Shown one piece after another: positions 46,822-60,494 of a DNA stretch of 64,000 nucleotides; position 1 is the first letter of the stretch, and each line of letters starts with the position of its first letter. The position numbers were made by a program, and so were the translations under genes. This stretch comes from Ptychomitrium polyphyllum (taxonomy: Eukaryota): assembly GCA_973851085.1 (NCBI GenBank), contig OZ316775.1:1-64000 (forward strand). Direction: 5' to 3'. Below the pieces are notes generated by a model. The model had not been told where the DNA came from and did no database searches. It saw only the letters and a list, made by a program, of their open reading frames with translations.

Positions 46822-49800
46822 TGTAAGGCTCCAACACTGGCCTGGAAAGCGCCCACGCATTTCATTACATTGACTGCAACACTGAAGAAATCGGACACCC
46901 AACGTCCACGAACACGACGAGGAAACGATACTTCGTGAAGCTCCAAGAGACAAAGTAGTCTAACTCTCAGACTTTCGATTTGATCTTCTCTGAAATTTAC
47001 ACCACTCTCAACTCCACGAACAATCTACAACAAACTGCACGAAAAATGAACATCAGAAGACCACCAATCTTGGTCGCTGAAAGTAAGCTCGCTAGTTTTA
47101 GCCTCTCATAGAAACGAAACAACTCAACTACCAGTATTTAGATCGAGTGCTCTCGCATCCCTACCTACACCCACTCACATAATTCCACGGTTGTAACAAT
47201 CCCTGCAGAATGACTGCCCCAGGGGAATCCAGAAGCTGCGCAAGCTGCTGGAAAGATTGTACTGTGAAAGACTAACAGATCTCAGCCATGTTTTATACCT
47301 CAAGAGATCTCCAATGAGCAAATATTTCTCCTCGGCTTGTAAAATAGTCTTCAGTCTCCTTTTCACCCCCGTCACTCTGCTCTAAGCACAGCAGCAAAAA
47401 TGGATTAATCCTCTCGACGATGCAAAGAAGTAGCCACAGGAACCCTCAAGCAGAACCTGGTCAAAACTCAACCCTCGTCGACCCACCAAGTTCACTCATC
47501 AGGGGATGGTACCAATACGCAGACACGAAACTGACATAGCGCGCAGAGGAAAGATCCCCACAAGCAACTCAAGAGCTTAGAGAACAACGCAAGTGGTTTA
47601 GTGTAGCTGCTATTCCAGCCCTCTTTCCCTGCTGCAAATATGACCTTCAGACACATGTGCCACAAAAGAAAAGAAAAGAAAAGAAAAACCCATCCAAAGT
47701 ATGGGTACGAAAACCACAGGCTAACGATGCCTATTCGTAATAGACTACCAACTATTATCCTCTTACGTCACGCCAGAGAAATTGTGGCACTGAAGTCAGC
47801 AGCTTGCTACAGTGGATATGGAAGCAGAAGGTACTCGGCAAAAGCATAGAGAAGAGCTGCCTGCCTGCCAAACCCTGCAAGAATGGCATGTGTAACGAGG
47901 AACCAGGCTGTGAGATTAGCTGGCTGCTAGCACACGACCTGTTGTTCTATTGTCGTCAACAGCAGAGGCTTCTGCGCTTGGGTAGCTAGGAATGATCGTT
48001 TTGAACTTTTGAAGCGGGCGATGGCGATGGCACCTACTCCGAATAGCGCGCACTACATTGATGAAAGCGCGGGACTCGGGAGTCCGGGTACTGTTTGGTG
48101 TGCGTCGACTCAAGGCGATGCTCATCACTTAGTTTGGAGAGCTATTTTCTGGGATCCCTGCTCCAGTTGAGGACTTGTACTTGAGAGGGGGTCCATACGC
48201 AGCTCTAACCCACATCTGTGTCTCGCTTTCGTTCAGTTTCGGAAGTTGACGCGATTAGCACCTTCAAGCGTTTAGCTTTGTCGCCGAAGAATCATCAGTT
48301 TCGGAGTTTTTCTTATCTTCTCCTGCCTGCGAGTTTGATGATTTTACCAGTTTCTTCACAGGTTGATTCCATTGCAGATTAAGATTGTGAAGGTGACGAG
48401 CGCTACACGATCACAGAAACCCTACGAGAAATATAGGTGACAACTGTGCACATAAAATTTGCATCCGTCGCTCTAACATGAACCTCGATTACAGAAAACC
48501 ACACTCTAACCGCTACCGGCTCATGGTCTGCTTGATTCCACCCAAATCTCCTGCTGGCAACCGTAGGCTGTCATCACAGAGAGCTCTGTAAAATTCGACA
48601 GACAGAAAGAAAAAGGAAGGAAGTGGATGACTGAGGCAACAGGGTTTAAATGAAGCAGTGGATAGTACAATGCATTGTCGACTGCATTTAGGAATTTCTC
48701 TTCAGCAGTCGTTACGCTCGCTCTTCCATGACTTTCGATTGCAAATCTGGGAACTCGAGAAGCCGTTTGAGGTATCAATTATGACTTGATTGGTGCTCTT
48801 TGTAGTAGTCCAACGAGCCGATTGCGGAGCTCGCCCCCGAGCAGCCCCGACCTACCCCTCGCCCGGCTCTCCCCCACATGGGCCACGCCCTCCCCGCGCC
48901 CGGGCTCACCCAGGCTTCGTTCCTCCACTTCGACTCACCTCGTCTTCCCGCTTTTCTCCATTTCTCATCGACGCCCGAGTGCCACCGCTTTTTGCCATCG
49001 CCCCTCTCCTCTCCTGTTCGCCATGCCGCCATTGCCGCCGTAGCCGTCGCACCTCGCCTCCTGTCTGCTTCTACTCGTGACCCCTCTTGTGATTGCGCTC
49101 GTCTTTGTTGTCTTGTTGGTCGACATGGTCGTTCTCTCTCGGTACTGTCTTGTGACCATTGTAGTCTTGATTGCTGTTTTGGGATGGTTGTTGTCTTGCT
49201 GCTCGTGTTCTTTGTGCTTATAAACGAAGAGGACAGAAGTTTCCAAGAGGAACAATAAAGCTTAAGCATCGGACAGCATAACCCTTCAAGAGAACTGCAA
49301 ACGTTAAGAATCGGACTACATAAGCTATAAAGAGCTTAAGAATGGAACAACTATTCAATAATAAGTGTACAACATCTGTGTTGAGGCTTCAGATGCTCGT
49401 TGTGCACCGCTAGTATCCACAATCCTCACGAAGGACAGCCAGAACAGCTAGCTTCCCATTCCATTCTGTGTACTTTAAATGCTATTTTTGGGACTTCAAG
49501 ACCTGAGACTGGACCTTGATGATCATCAACGAAAGTTGCATTCAGAGAGAACATCTTGTAGGTCATTTTTAAAGTCTCATCTTATTGGGAAATTCTCTCC
49601 TGTATGCTACAATATTGGCTGGATTTGTAAGAGGATCATTCTGCTGAGGGCCTCAAGTTGCAGGCTTGTTGACATGCAGGATATTCTGTGCACTCAAGCA
49701 CTCATCTCCATGCTTTGTAATCCTGCTCAAGCCAAGATGATTCGAATGGATTTATGTTGGCACAGTGCTTTCGTATGCCAAACAACTGGGCTTACATCTT

Positions 49801-49882
49801 CATTTGTATAACCAACCGAGGGTACAACGTAAACATTGCTTCATGTCAATCAACGAAGAAATTGAAGAGAAAGAATGCCAAT

Positions 49883-52110
49883 TTATAACTCTTCTGAAGT
49901 AGCATCTGAACTTGACTTCCGTCTTGAACTAAAGCGAGAGTGAGATTTTGGAGTTGACTTCTTGCCATACCACCACCTCTTAATGTGTCGCCTTGCTTTG
50001 TTCAATCTCTTTGATGCATTTTGCACCACTATTTGTGTTTGTGCTCCAATTTTAGCACCGAGTTTGGCAACAGAATACCTCCATGTTTTCACCACTGGTT
50101 TGGCCTGCAGGATTCCAGTCACCGATAGATATCACGCCTGGCAAAATAAAACTTTTCATACTCTCTCGGCCCTCACACAGGAAATAGAACCATTTCTTGG
50201 CTTCTGGTAGGTCTCCATTGGATCTCAATATAAATAAAAATCTTCCTGATGAAGCTAGAGAAGGTAGTAGTTTGGTACTGTCTCCAATCGGCAACTTATC
50301 TGAGGTATCAAAATTACCACAAATGTAAAGAAAAGTAGATTCTAAAGTGCAAGTCGAGGACCACTCTATCCTTTCAGCCTGTTGGATGTCCTTCAACTTG
50401 CACTATTAACAGAGTGAACCAAGGAACATAATAAGAAAGAATGAAAATGCACAACCACAAATTCAAGCCCATCTGTCGCAGATACCTGACTCATCTCAAC
50501 ATCAGCCTCTGAATCTTCGCCTTCATCAGCCTCGTCCTCATCGTCGTCGAGATCGCGAGGACTGCGGCCACCACCGTAAGCAATTCCAGGATTCTTTTGA
50601 ATGTCCTCTCTTGAGTAAACTTTAATCTTAGGTGCTCCAGCTGGCACGTCCTGCAGCACATACAATGGATTTAATTACTATGAATACGAGTAACTTCGGG
50701 ATGAAGTTGCGAGCAGCAGTTAAGAACGCTTCTAGCACTCAGAATCGAGCCCCAAAAATTTCTGAAGAAACTAACTCACTTCGAGAGTGCGCTGGAGCTT
50801 GTCCATTTCGGCTTGTTTGCCAACCTTTGGAGTGAATGCTTCTTCTGGTCCTCTATACTGTTCATAAACACAACATCCACGAGTAGCTGATGAGTATAAT
50901 ATTAAGCCAGAAAATAAATGGTGAAAAGAGGATTTTTTAAAAGTGAAAAGAAGATGCTCTACAATCTGTGCAATTGCAAACATACTAAACAAGTTTATGA
51001 ATAGCTTGCACTACCTTTGGTATAGGAGGTAGTTTGCCAACACAAGCTTTACTGAAATCTTTGCAAAGTAGCTTCATTAAGCCAGCTCGTGTTGAACCGG
51101 CTTTGTAAAGATACTCGGCAACATCAGTATCATGCTCTCCCATAACCTGTGTCAACGACCAGGTGTTAGAGTGCGCTAGCAATAGGGCCACGTTGCTTTG
51201 AATATGTCGTGCAATAGTGTCACCTTTCTCTGGATTACTGAATTATAAGGGGGAAGCGAAGATGGAAGGTACACTGTAAATACCACTTGACAGGCTCGTT
51301 CTATAGTTTTGCAGTCCCTCTTGCATACGCCTTCCACCGATTGCTCTACTAGCTTTAAAACGAAGTCCAGTACAGAATTAACAGCAGTGTTAAATAAAGC
51401 AGATTGTAAACTAAAATGCTGGCATAGAGATCAACTGCAACAATTGACAAATGAGCATTGTGACACAGCCAGCATCTGTCATTGTTAATTGCCCATTGGC
51501 AACCAAAATGTAAACATCATTGGATCCACCATCTTTCATGGGCTGGCACGTTCTGGATCACCCTACCTCAAGTCTGTCATTATTCTCCATAATGTCCAGT
51601 TTCAAAATCCAGTCACTTTCCTTTTTCTTCAAGTTGCAAATATTCTCCGCGACATTGATAATCTCAAGCTCAGTAATCTGCAGACGCATCGAAAAATTAC
51701 TCAATAACCTAAAGCCCTAAATGCCCATCGTGCATAAATAAATAGTTGCAAGTTTTAACGAAACTCAACAATCACAATAATTGATAGCTGCATCCAAATT
51801 TAGGGACCATTCTATTTAAAAATTACATGCATTGCTCCAACAAAAAGATACCGTCGAGTAATCAACAGAGCCAGCTGAAGATCGTCAGCGGCAAGTATAC
51901 CTTCTTGGGAGCAGCTTTAGTACGTCTTTCCTTCACTTGCCGTACCAGTTGCTTAGAAATTACCTCACACACTCTGCATTTGATGAACGGAATGTCTTCC
52001 CTTCTAGCCGTCAACGCCATTTTTCTCTGAGCTTTTGCTTGCTGCATACTAAAGATGAACACACCCGCTAGAACCAGGAGCAAGATCTTGGAATATCGAC
52101 ACGAAGCCAT
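49883..52110 (-). CDS. Canopy/DUF3456 (saposin-like, ER-resident) protein, multi-exon
   Basis: Signal peptide, ARREDIPFIKCRVCE, VMGEHDTDVAEYLY..LCKDFSKAC, an acidic tract, and C-terminal SEEL (ER-retention-like). Confidence 0.8.
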
Positions 52111-54227
52111 CGCTGATGGCTGCACAGTCGCACTTAATACAGATATCTTCAATTTCAGGAGCTAACAGTATAATTTAAGGTCTACTTCTCATTTCCCCTG
52201 CTCACCACCTATCGTAATGCTCGTGCGTAAAACTATAGTCGATCAGCTGTAGTGATCCAGTAAACCTGCATTCTGCAACGGTCGAAAGGTTCTTCTATGA
52301 GACCATGCGTTCTCATAAAATGCTCAAGATAGCAGAGTACAAGGCAAGACCTCAAATATTTTCACAGTTGACTCCTCAAAACACATACGTTGGCCTCTCC
52401 TGTGTGAAGTTCCCAATGCTACTAAAAGGCCAAGAACTTAATCGCAGTGTCTAACTATTCAAAGCTCAAAGCCTGGCAAATTCGTCAGTAATCAGAGCAA
52501 TGTCGCATCTATTACATATGTCAGAACATCTTCAATAAAAATAGGGTACCACGATGAGATATCGATCACGTACTACACCGCAGTTGTATCAACAAAACCA
52601 TTTCAATGGTGCACATAAATCAGAATTCGTTAAAAGAACGAAAGAATCCAACTAACGTACCACTAAGCTCAATTTGCAAACGGGACAAAAAAGAACATGA
52701 TAATAAGTTATCCGAGAACTGGAAAGGCTAGCACACCACCAAAACAGAACATATGAGATTCACTGATGAGTTCTACACCTGATTATGTTTTCCAAATCGA
52801 AAGCAGAGCAGAACAAGATGAAGACATCATGCATTGCATTCAAATTTGCATGTAGAGCAAGATTGCTCTCCCCGAGAGCCTCAGCCACCCAACAGTTGGT
52901 CTCTGCTCCGAAACCATGGCGCCCCCGGTCTGGACCCCGGTATCTCCCTGTTATCCTATTATTAGCCTTGTATCATTGTCGTCTCGTTGCCCACGCAAGT
53001 CAGGATCATCAGCACAAACATCCCTGTGGATGAGCGGATGTTCGCCCCATCGTGATGCCGTCTTACGTTCCTCATTCATCGTTTACATAGGATCCGCATC
53101 AGTGCGCAACCGCTTATGGTCTGAGTGGCTCAGGGATTGTGCTAATACCGGACTTCCAGTCCTGCCTGGCAACCATCCTCGCGGCGCCCCCGCCTCCTAG
53201 TGGACCGTCACGTGTCCGTCGCTCGTAGGGAGGCTCCTCAAATGGACGATCCGCGAAGAACTCGGAAACCTCCGAACTAACCTGGCAACAACAGATTCGC
53301 CCCATACTCGGCAGGCTGCAAAATTTGCAAACCCTACCAGCTCGCACTGGCAGGCAGCAGTAGTGTTCCACACTACGTGTTCTATCAGCCGCGATCGTTG
53401 AGCTCATCCCAGGTCAGCTACGTTATCACTATGCACACGAATTTCGTTCTATTCTCGTGATTGTGTAGCTCATGATCAGGACGAGCTTTCCTCTTCAACG
53501 CTGTGGTCTAAACTGGATAGTACATTACTCCACCGTGACACGCCTCCGTCACATGTCATAATATTATTCCTGTCTTACATGCTACTGTTTGTTGGGCTGT
53601 CAATCTTGATTCAAGTAGATTGTGATAACAGCAATCTGAGTTTTCAATCTAGTCTAGACTCTGGATTGTGAGCAGCAGCGCATGTAGCACCGTTGGTCCC
53701 GGTATGTCGTTGTGAAGGTGAATCTCGTCTAGATTCTTGTGAAGCTTAAGGTAGTTTTGATGAGTGTATGTGCTTGCTTGACATCAGTTGTACAGGTTTG
53801 ACTGCTGGGGTTTGTGGAGAGTTTGAGTTGCTGTGAACTTCTTCGCCTTCAAGATCCGGCAGGTTGCGGGAAGGAGCGCCGGAAGGCATGGAGGTTGGAA
53901 ATGCAGGTGATGATGACGAGTCTGGGCAATGGCTTTAGCCTTGGCGGCAGCACTTCTAGAGGTAAAGTGTTGGAGACGAAGCCATCTGTTTGCAGGTCTC
54001 TGTGGGACCGGTGAGTTTCTCGTGATGAGAAAGCCATGTCGGATTCGTGACCTAGAATGATGGACGACGGTAGAGGATTCATGGTATCTTGCTGCTGAGG
54101 GAACAATCTCAGACCACTTTCGAATTTCGAATGCAAGTTGGTCATTGTTGGTCTGGGAAGCACAGGAGGAAGCCATTTCTAAACGATCTGAGGCTTATTT
54201 CCATTTGGGTTCCAAAGTTGAAGGAGA

Positions 54228-56183
54228 ATGGGGGTTGTGATGGATCCCACAATAGGCACGACTGACTACCACGACACAACGGATGGTGAGACCGGGGAGG
54301 AAGTGCACGGCGAGCAGATGAGGTCGCTTGGTGAATCAAATCCTAGCGAGAGCAACGGTGTTCACTATATACGAGCGGGAATTGTAACGGATTCCACAGG
54401 CACAAACCATGAATCCATTGCTGATGGCGAACCAGGGGCAGCGCACGCGGGCCACTTGCACGCGAAGCCTGCAATCGAATTCTCCCCTGCCCCACCTCAC
54501 ATCCACCGTGGTGCGAGCGGCGGTATTTTCCGTGGTCCAAGTGGGGGAATTCGCCGCGGTGCGAGCGGGGGTTTACACCGTGGTGTGAGCGGGGGGATCT
54601 ATCGTGGTGGAAGCGGGGGGATCCACCTCCCGAAGCTCACAAGCATCACTTTCTCCATGTCTCGCCTCCCGGAAGAGGACGTAGGAGTTCAGATGCACTT
54701 TACCGAGACAAAGGAGGAGGAAATTCCGACGGATTCACCACGAGCAACTGACGACGATGGGTCTCCGAGGAAAAAATCTAGGATGCGGAAGCACTTGACC
54801 GTTATTGGAGCGTGCAGCTTCGGATTTCGTCTCTCGGAGACGGTACTCTCCCTCATCGTCATTGTGGTTATGTGCTCCAATTCGCAGTTCATGGGTGCTG
54901 CTGGCGCAGATTTCGGCACTTTGAGGTTCAACCATTTCCAAGCTTACAGGTGTTGTTTCACAAATTGCCTTGAATTGCTCTATTACTTTTTTTTATTCTT
55001 GAATGGATTTCGCACTTTAAGTTCGCTTAGCATTTGCCGACTTTGTAGAAGCATTGGAAGAATGGCGCTCATGCAGAGGAAGGCACTCGGTGATTACTGT
55101 GCACTCTAAATTATTAGGTTGCTTGACAACGGTGATCAGTTGGGAGTATTGGACACTAATTAATTCTTTTCCCCTTTCTATGTGTGATTTACATTCTGTA
55201 GTTCATGTAACAAAAGAAGATGTCCATTTCTAGTGTATTTTATCTGCCCAAATATTTATTTGTCATGGTAGATTAGGGTGAGAGTTGCATCAAATCTTCC
55301 ATATTCTAAGTCAAAATTCATACCGCAGAAATCCAGTTTAGTATGAGTCTCAATAATTTGGCCATGTTTGATAGTCAGTTCCCCGAAGCAATCAAATCAA
55401 ACAGTGTAGTTACAGACAAGTTGATGCGTATTCAAGAATATTTTATTCACGTCAAGTTCGAGTTGGCCTCGGGTTTTCCTAGCACTAGATTTCAGGGCAT
55501 GTGGCATATTGCAATGCTCTATCTCATGCTAATACAGCCGATGCTTGTGGGTGCAGGTACTTGGTGGCTGTAAACGTTTGTGTTTTCCTCTACTCTATGT
55601 TGCAGTTCATACAACTGGCATATACTGTAATTCTAGGCATCTCCTTCATCCCGTCTATTCTCATCAGCACTTGGCTCACCTTTGGTTTCGATCAGGTTGG
55701 CTACTTCTCAATCTTCTTTCCGCAACATTTCTAAAACCATCGCTTGATGATATCCTACATATGCTCATAGAAATAATGCAGCATGTAAGACTCTAGACCG
55801 TAAACCCTAGCCCAAATCCTTTTTCGATTCCATTCTATTCAATTGCATCAATTCTCCCTTGAAATTCCAAACTATTATGCTCGAGAGGAGATTCAAGCTT
55901 CAGCGCTACCTGGTTCCAGATTGAATTTTATTTTAATTGCTGGAGGTCATTTATGCAGCTATTCTCGTATCTCCTTCTCTCTGCGAGCACCTCAGCGGCG
56001 ACAGTAGCCAACATGTCCTACACGGGAGAGATGGGCGTCCGCTTATGCTCACGCTACGATTTGGGATCCTTCTGTGCCAGGGCAGATGCTGCTGTCACCA
56101 TGAGCTTCTTTACGTTTCTGGCGATGCTTTCCTCCACCATCCTTGCTATCTATCGCATTGGTGTTTTATTGAAGGAATATTGA
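54228..56183 (+). CDS. CASP-like (CASPL/DUF588) four-TM protein with a long N-terminal extension (exons ~54228-54949, 55558-55695, 55959-56183)
   Basis: [56 protein letters not shown] and [22 protein letters not shown]. The N-terminus contains HRGASGG repeats. Confidence 0.88.
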
Positions 56184-59100
56184 TTAAGTGCAGCTGTATG
56201 CCATGATTCTATGGCGTGTATTGTATGTATTTCTTTTATTAAAGATGATTTTTTATTCACCTGTTGGTACAAAGTATTCACATGGGTAATTGAATGAGGC
56301 ATGCTTTAGGCGAAAACATAGTTTCTAGTATGTCCCGAGTTGAGCATATTTTTGAAGTTGCAGAACATTGTTGCCAATTACAACAGAGTATTTTGGTTTC
56401 ATTTGTAGAATCTTTCATGATTTAAAATCTTCTAATCGTTCCTGACCATCTTGTCGTACTTAAAATTTAAGTACACATTCTGATAAAAAACGGTTGACGG
56501 AATTTAGAGGTTTCAGCATGAATACGAGAAGCTTTGAGTTCATTAGAATATTGTATTTAGGTTACCTTGGTGCGAGATCATTTACAATATTTCAAAGGTG
56601 GTACTAGATGTCAGAGTTTATAATAAAGTTTGACAAATAAAGTGAATGTGGGGTGTGATCGGCTTATAGCGATCATAAAGTCGGTGCATTGCAACTTGTA
56701 GCTGTACTGCCCCCACTGCGAGTTGCTAGCAAAAGTGACAAAGTGCCTCATAAGTTGGTTGCCAATCTCAAGCTTCACATGAGATTGCTTAAGATGGGAG
56801 CTGACTTGGTAGTGCAGTGGTACGTGCTACTGTATGTAAGTTAGATGGCCTTTAGGGGTTGTGATGGCAAGCTTTTGGAAGTGGTGACTCGTGACCAATG
56901 AATGATGGAAGAGCGCTAGTGTCAAGTGGTGATTTAAAATAATTCTATTTCTGTCAGATTCTGTCGAACCTGACTGGGTAAGATTCTAGTGTAACAAATG
57001 ATGTGTATGACATACCCTAAATTACAAGGAGAGCTTCTTATCATAAAAGAAATATATGATATGTTACGAGAGTCTACAGTAATACATATTTGTTGTACAT
57101 GATTTGAATCTTATTTAAAATATATACAATGTTTTATGTCACCCAATATCACAATTCTAACTAATCTACATTGAAGTACTGGATATATTATAAGTATTAA
57201 ATCAAATATGAAAGATCCATACTCACTTTTTTCAAAAAATTGCAAGAACTTAAAAACACTTTGAATATGGAAGAAATAAATATTATGGCAACTTTGAAAT
57301 ATTATCTTTTCATAACAAAACAAATTATTGTTAGAATTTTCAACAAAAGACACAATGAATAAGAATCACTAAGAAGTTATATTTTATCATGTTTCATGAT
57401 TATAACTTATATTTATACCAATGAATCTTTTTGTGCTAAACACTAAAAATTTGAATTATGTGAATTATATTTTGAAATTGTAATTGTAGCAAAAGTTGTT
57501 GAAATTAATTTTTTTGTTGTATAGTTTTGAATTATTTAGGTGAAAATTTTAATTTTTTTAAGAAATTAGATGTATATAGATGGGTCAAACATAAAACATT
57601 TTAACATGGTTAATTGCTAGAACTATTGTGCATCTTCTATAAATAATAAATCCTACATTTACAATACAAAGTTCCATATCATGGACTCTGTACCAATCAT
57701 AGGACATCATTACATTCAAAAACACGTAATTTCAGAAGTCGATTAATATAAGTTATGGCCTGCTGCCTCCTCGATACTCTGAAAATATATTCCCACAATC
57801 ATATTTCATTTAGATCTCGAATACAATGTGGACAATAACGCCTCATCTCATGTCATACAAACTAGGGACTTACATGTTACATAACAATCCGCAATGACAA
57901 ACCAGCCCGGACGCTTCAGGGACGGCCTGAGTGAACACCATCTAAAAATTCCTCAAAAGGAGCACTTGACACCGTGCGGGACTTTGCACACGGGACCCAC
58001 AAGCAACCGACAATCGTTCCTAAGCAAGATGAATGTTGCCCTCACAAGAGCCCACTCGTCAAACCCCTCACATGCCGAGCTCATGGCCATGGGCTCGTGA
58101 AGCTCAAGACGCTTGCCCAGCCTATGAGCTCCCGCACACGGGCGCTGCGCCCGAGAACGCCCAAACACCGCAGTTCGATGACCCCATCTCGCGGCTCACC
58201 GCGCCTCACTCCAGCACTCACCCCCGAGCCTTCACGGCTTGCAAGACTAGATTGCTGCCGCTCAATGACCTCATCGGACGGCCCAGCGTGCTTAGTCTCA
58301 GCGCTTCCATCGATGAGCCTCGAACGCCCTCAAACACAATCCTAACCGTCGGAGGATCGCATCGGGCGGCTGGACGCTCCCAATTCGTAAACGTTCACAC
58401 CGGTGAGCTTCGAAGTCACAGCTTCAATCCGAACCATCCGATAGAATCGGACGGCACAGCGTCTTCCATTCTACGAGCGCTCGCACAGGCGAAGCTTTAA
58501 GGCCCGCGTGGTCGACGCTCCGGACTCTCGTGGCGCCAGGTCTTGTGTCGCACCACAAATCTCTGGCACGCTGGCACGCTTGCCGGCAGGTACTTCGTTC
58601 GCAGGGGGGATTCAGCCACCAACTGCAGGTCGCTGTGATCCTGTCGCACAACTTGGGGTTCGTTGCTGACAACGGCGGTTTCTACCGGTTTGGGGAACTG
58701 AAGTGGAATTGGTTTGGCAGACTCCAGAAGACTCAGTGCGGAGTTTGGGCAGCCTCATGTGGAGGGTTGAGGAATCACTACTGTAATAGGATTTCATACA
58801 TCGCGTGCTACAAGGGCTGTGCGGGTGGGTGGTGTGGACCTTTGTAGCCTCAGGCTGTTGGATATATCATTGGCTGCCAATTTTCAACTCAATTTTTTAT
58901 TTCTCTTGGTTAATGTGGAGAATAATGTGAGTTGAATTCGTAAATGTGAGGAGTGTGAACGTATTGAGTGGTAGTCTTGTTGGATTTTTCTTCAGTTTTC
59001 AAGGAGTATTCTATTAGTTGCACGGATCGTTGAAGTGGTGGAGTTGGAGTTGAAGTTGGAGTTTGCGTTTCGTTTTGGTGACTTGATAATCTTGGCTTTT

Positions 59101-59987
59101 GAGGGAAATCGTCAGCTTATGGGGAGTGCAATTATTGGTGGAGGGTGATCAATCTTTTTGCTGAGATTCTGTGGCAAGTGGGCATCACCACATTGCCTCT
59201 TCCGCTCCCGTGTCCAAAAGTTGCGAGTGCTCGAGGGTCCGTGCGAAACAGCGTCTCTGTACTCATATGTGCGAGTCTCTTTCACATCTTGTGAGGCGCT
59301 TGCTCTCTGGGCCACGTAAGGCTGAGAACGTGGTGTAGGAGCAGGTGTGTCGTACGTGCATCGGGTGGCGTTGTGGGTTCCATATCCCCAGTGTGCATGA
59401 TGTTACGTCGCTCCAACTATCTTCTTTTTTTCTCAGACTCTTTAGTTCTGTATTCAGACTGACGTATGCTGCTGTCTCTGTTGTCCCTTGTGCTATTCAC
59501 ATAAGCACGAACTTACAGAGACAATGTCGACATTATTCATGAGCTTTTGAAAGTGCAGAACGGGATCGCTCTGAAAGCCCATCAACTTTGTGAGTATCGT
59601 CGCAACTTCGCAAGGATATTTTGGCAAAAATCTTGGTGAAGATGCAAACTGGCATTCCATGACTGCCTTTCCCGGAGATGTCCATCCCCTCTCCGGTATA
59701 AGTTAGACGTGATGCCTTGAAGGTGTGCGCACAATTCGGCAGCCTTGGTTTAGTTTGTTCCACAACCGAGCTTGCAACAATCAGGACGTTATGAGTTCGT
59801 ACGAGATGGCGTTTCATGTGAGTGAGCTGTGCGAGGAGCAGGACCATGGAGACTGAATTTAGCTCTTGACACTGCAACTGGTCCCTAGCGCTCATGAAGG
59901 GCTGCTGTGAGACAACTCACTGCTCGTCAGCCTTTGTTACTTGGATCTACTCTGTCACAGGACTCCCTGAGTGTCTACATCCCCGGA

Positions 59988-60494
59988 ATGGCAATGTCGA
60001 AGGGCAAAGCGTCAGAAAAAATGCAGCGCGCTGTTCGCAAGCTCCAAAGCCGAATCGCAAACCCTAACCTGCAGTACCAGAACCTCAGCTCCGACGAGGT
60101 CTCTCCGAGGAGCGCAGGCGACAATATTCGCAAACGAAGCTCCCCCCTGTCTCGCAACATCCCAGCTCGCCCGGGCCGTGACCTAAAGTCGGATGACGAC
60201 GACGAGAGTGCAGCCTGCCCCCCTTCAGACGTCCCCGAGGGCTTCCTTGCTGTCTACGTCGGGCGAGAGAGGCAGAGATTCGTCATCAGCGCCAACTACC
60301 TCAAGGACCAACTATTCAAGGTATTGCTGGAGAAATCCGCGGAGGAATACGGGTTCGAGCACAAAGGCGGGCTACCAATCGCCTGCGACGTCGCCTATTT
60401 CGAGAACCTCCTGTGGTCCATTAAGTCGAAGAACCCTGGCTTGTTTCAAATAAACTATTGCTCCTGCTTCTCCGTGTACTCGTACTCACGGTAG
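59988..60494 (+). CDS. SAUR: SAUR (small auxin-up RNA) family protein
   Basis: PSDVPEGFLAVYVGRERQRFVISANYL..FKVLLEKSAEEYGFEHKGGLPIAC; coding region intronless. Confidence 0.93.
   Translation: MAMSKGKASEKMQRAVRKLQSRIANPNLQYQNLSSDEVSPRSAGDNIRKRSSPLSRNIPARPGRDLKSDDDDESAACPPSDVPEGFLAVYVGRERQRFVISANYLKDQLFKVLLEKSAEEYGFEHKGGLPIACDVAYFENLLWSIKSKNPGLFQINYCSCFSVYSYSR

Noticed and set aside
48775..49269. GC-rich island with several overlapping ORFs
   Set aside because: Low-complexity translations, no family match and no clear gene structure.
57894..58850. GC-rich ORF cluster upstream of the SAUR gene
   Set aside because: No recognisable protein; likely regulatory or non-coding DNA.
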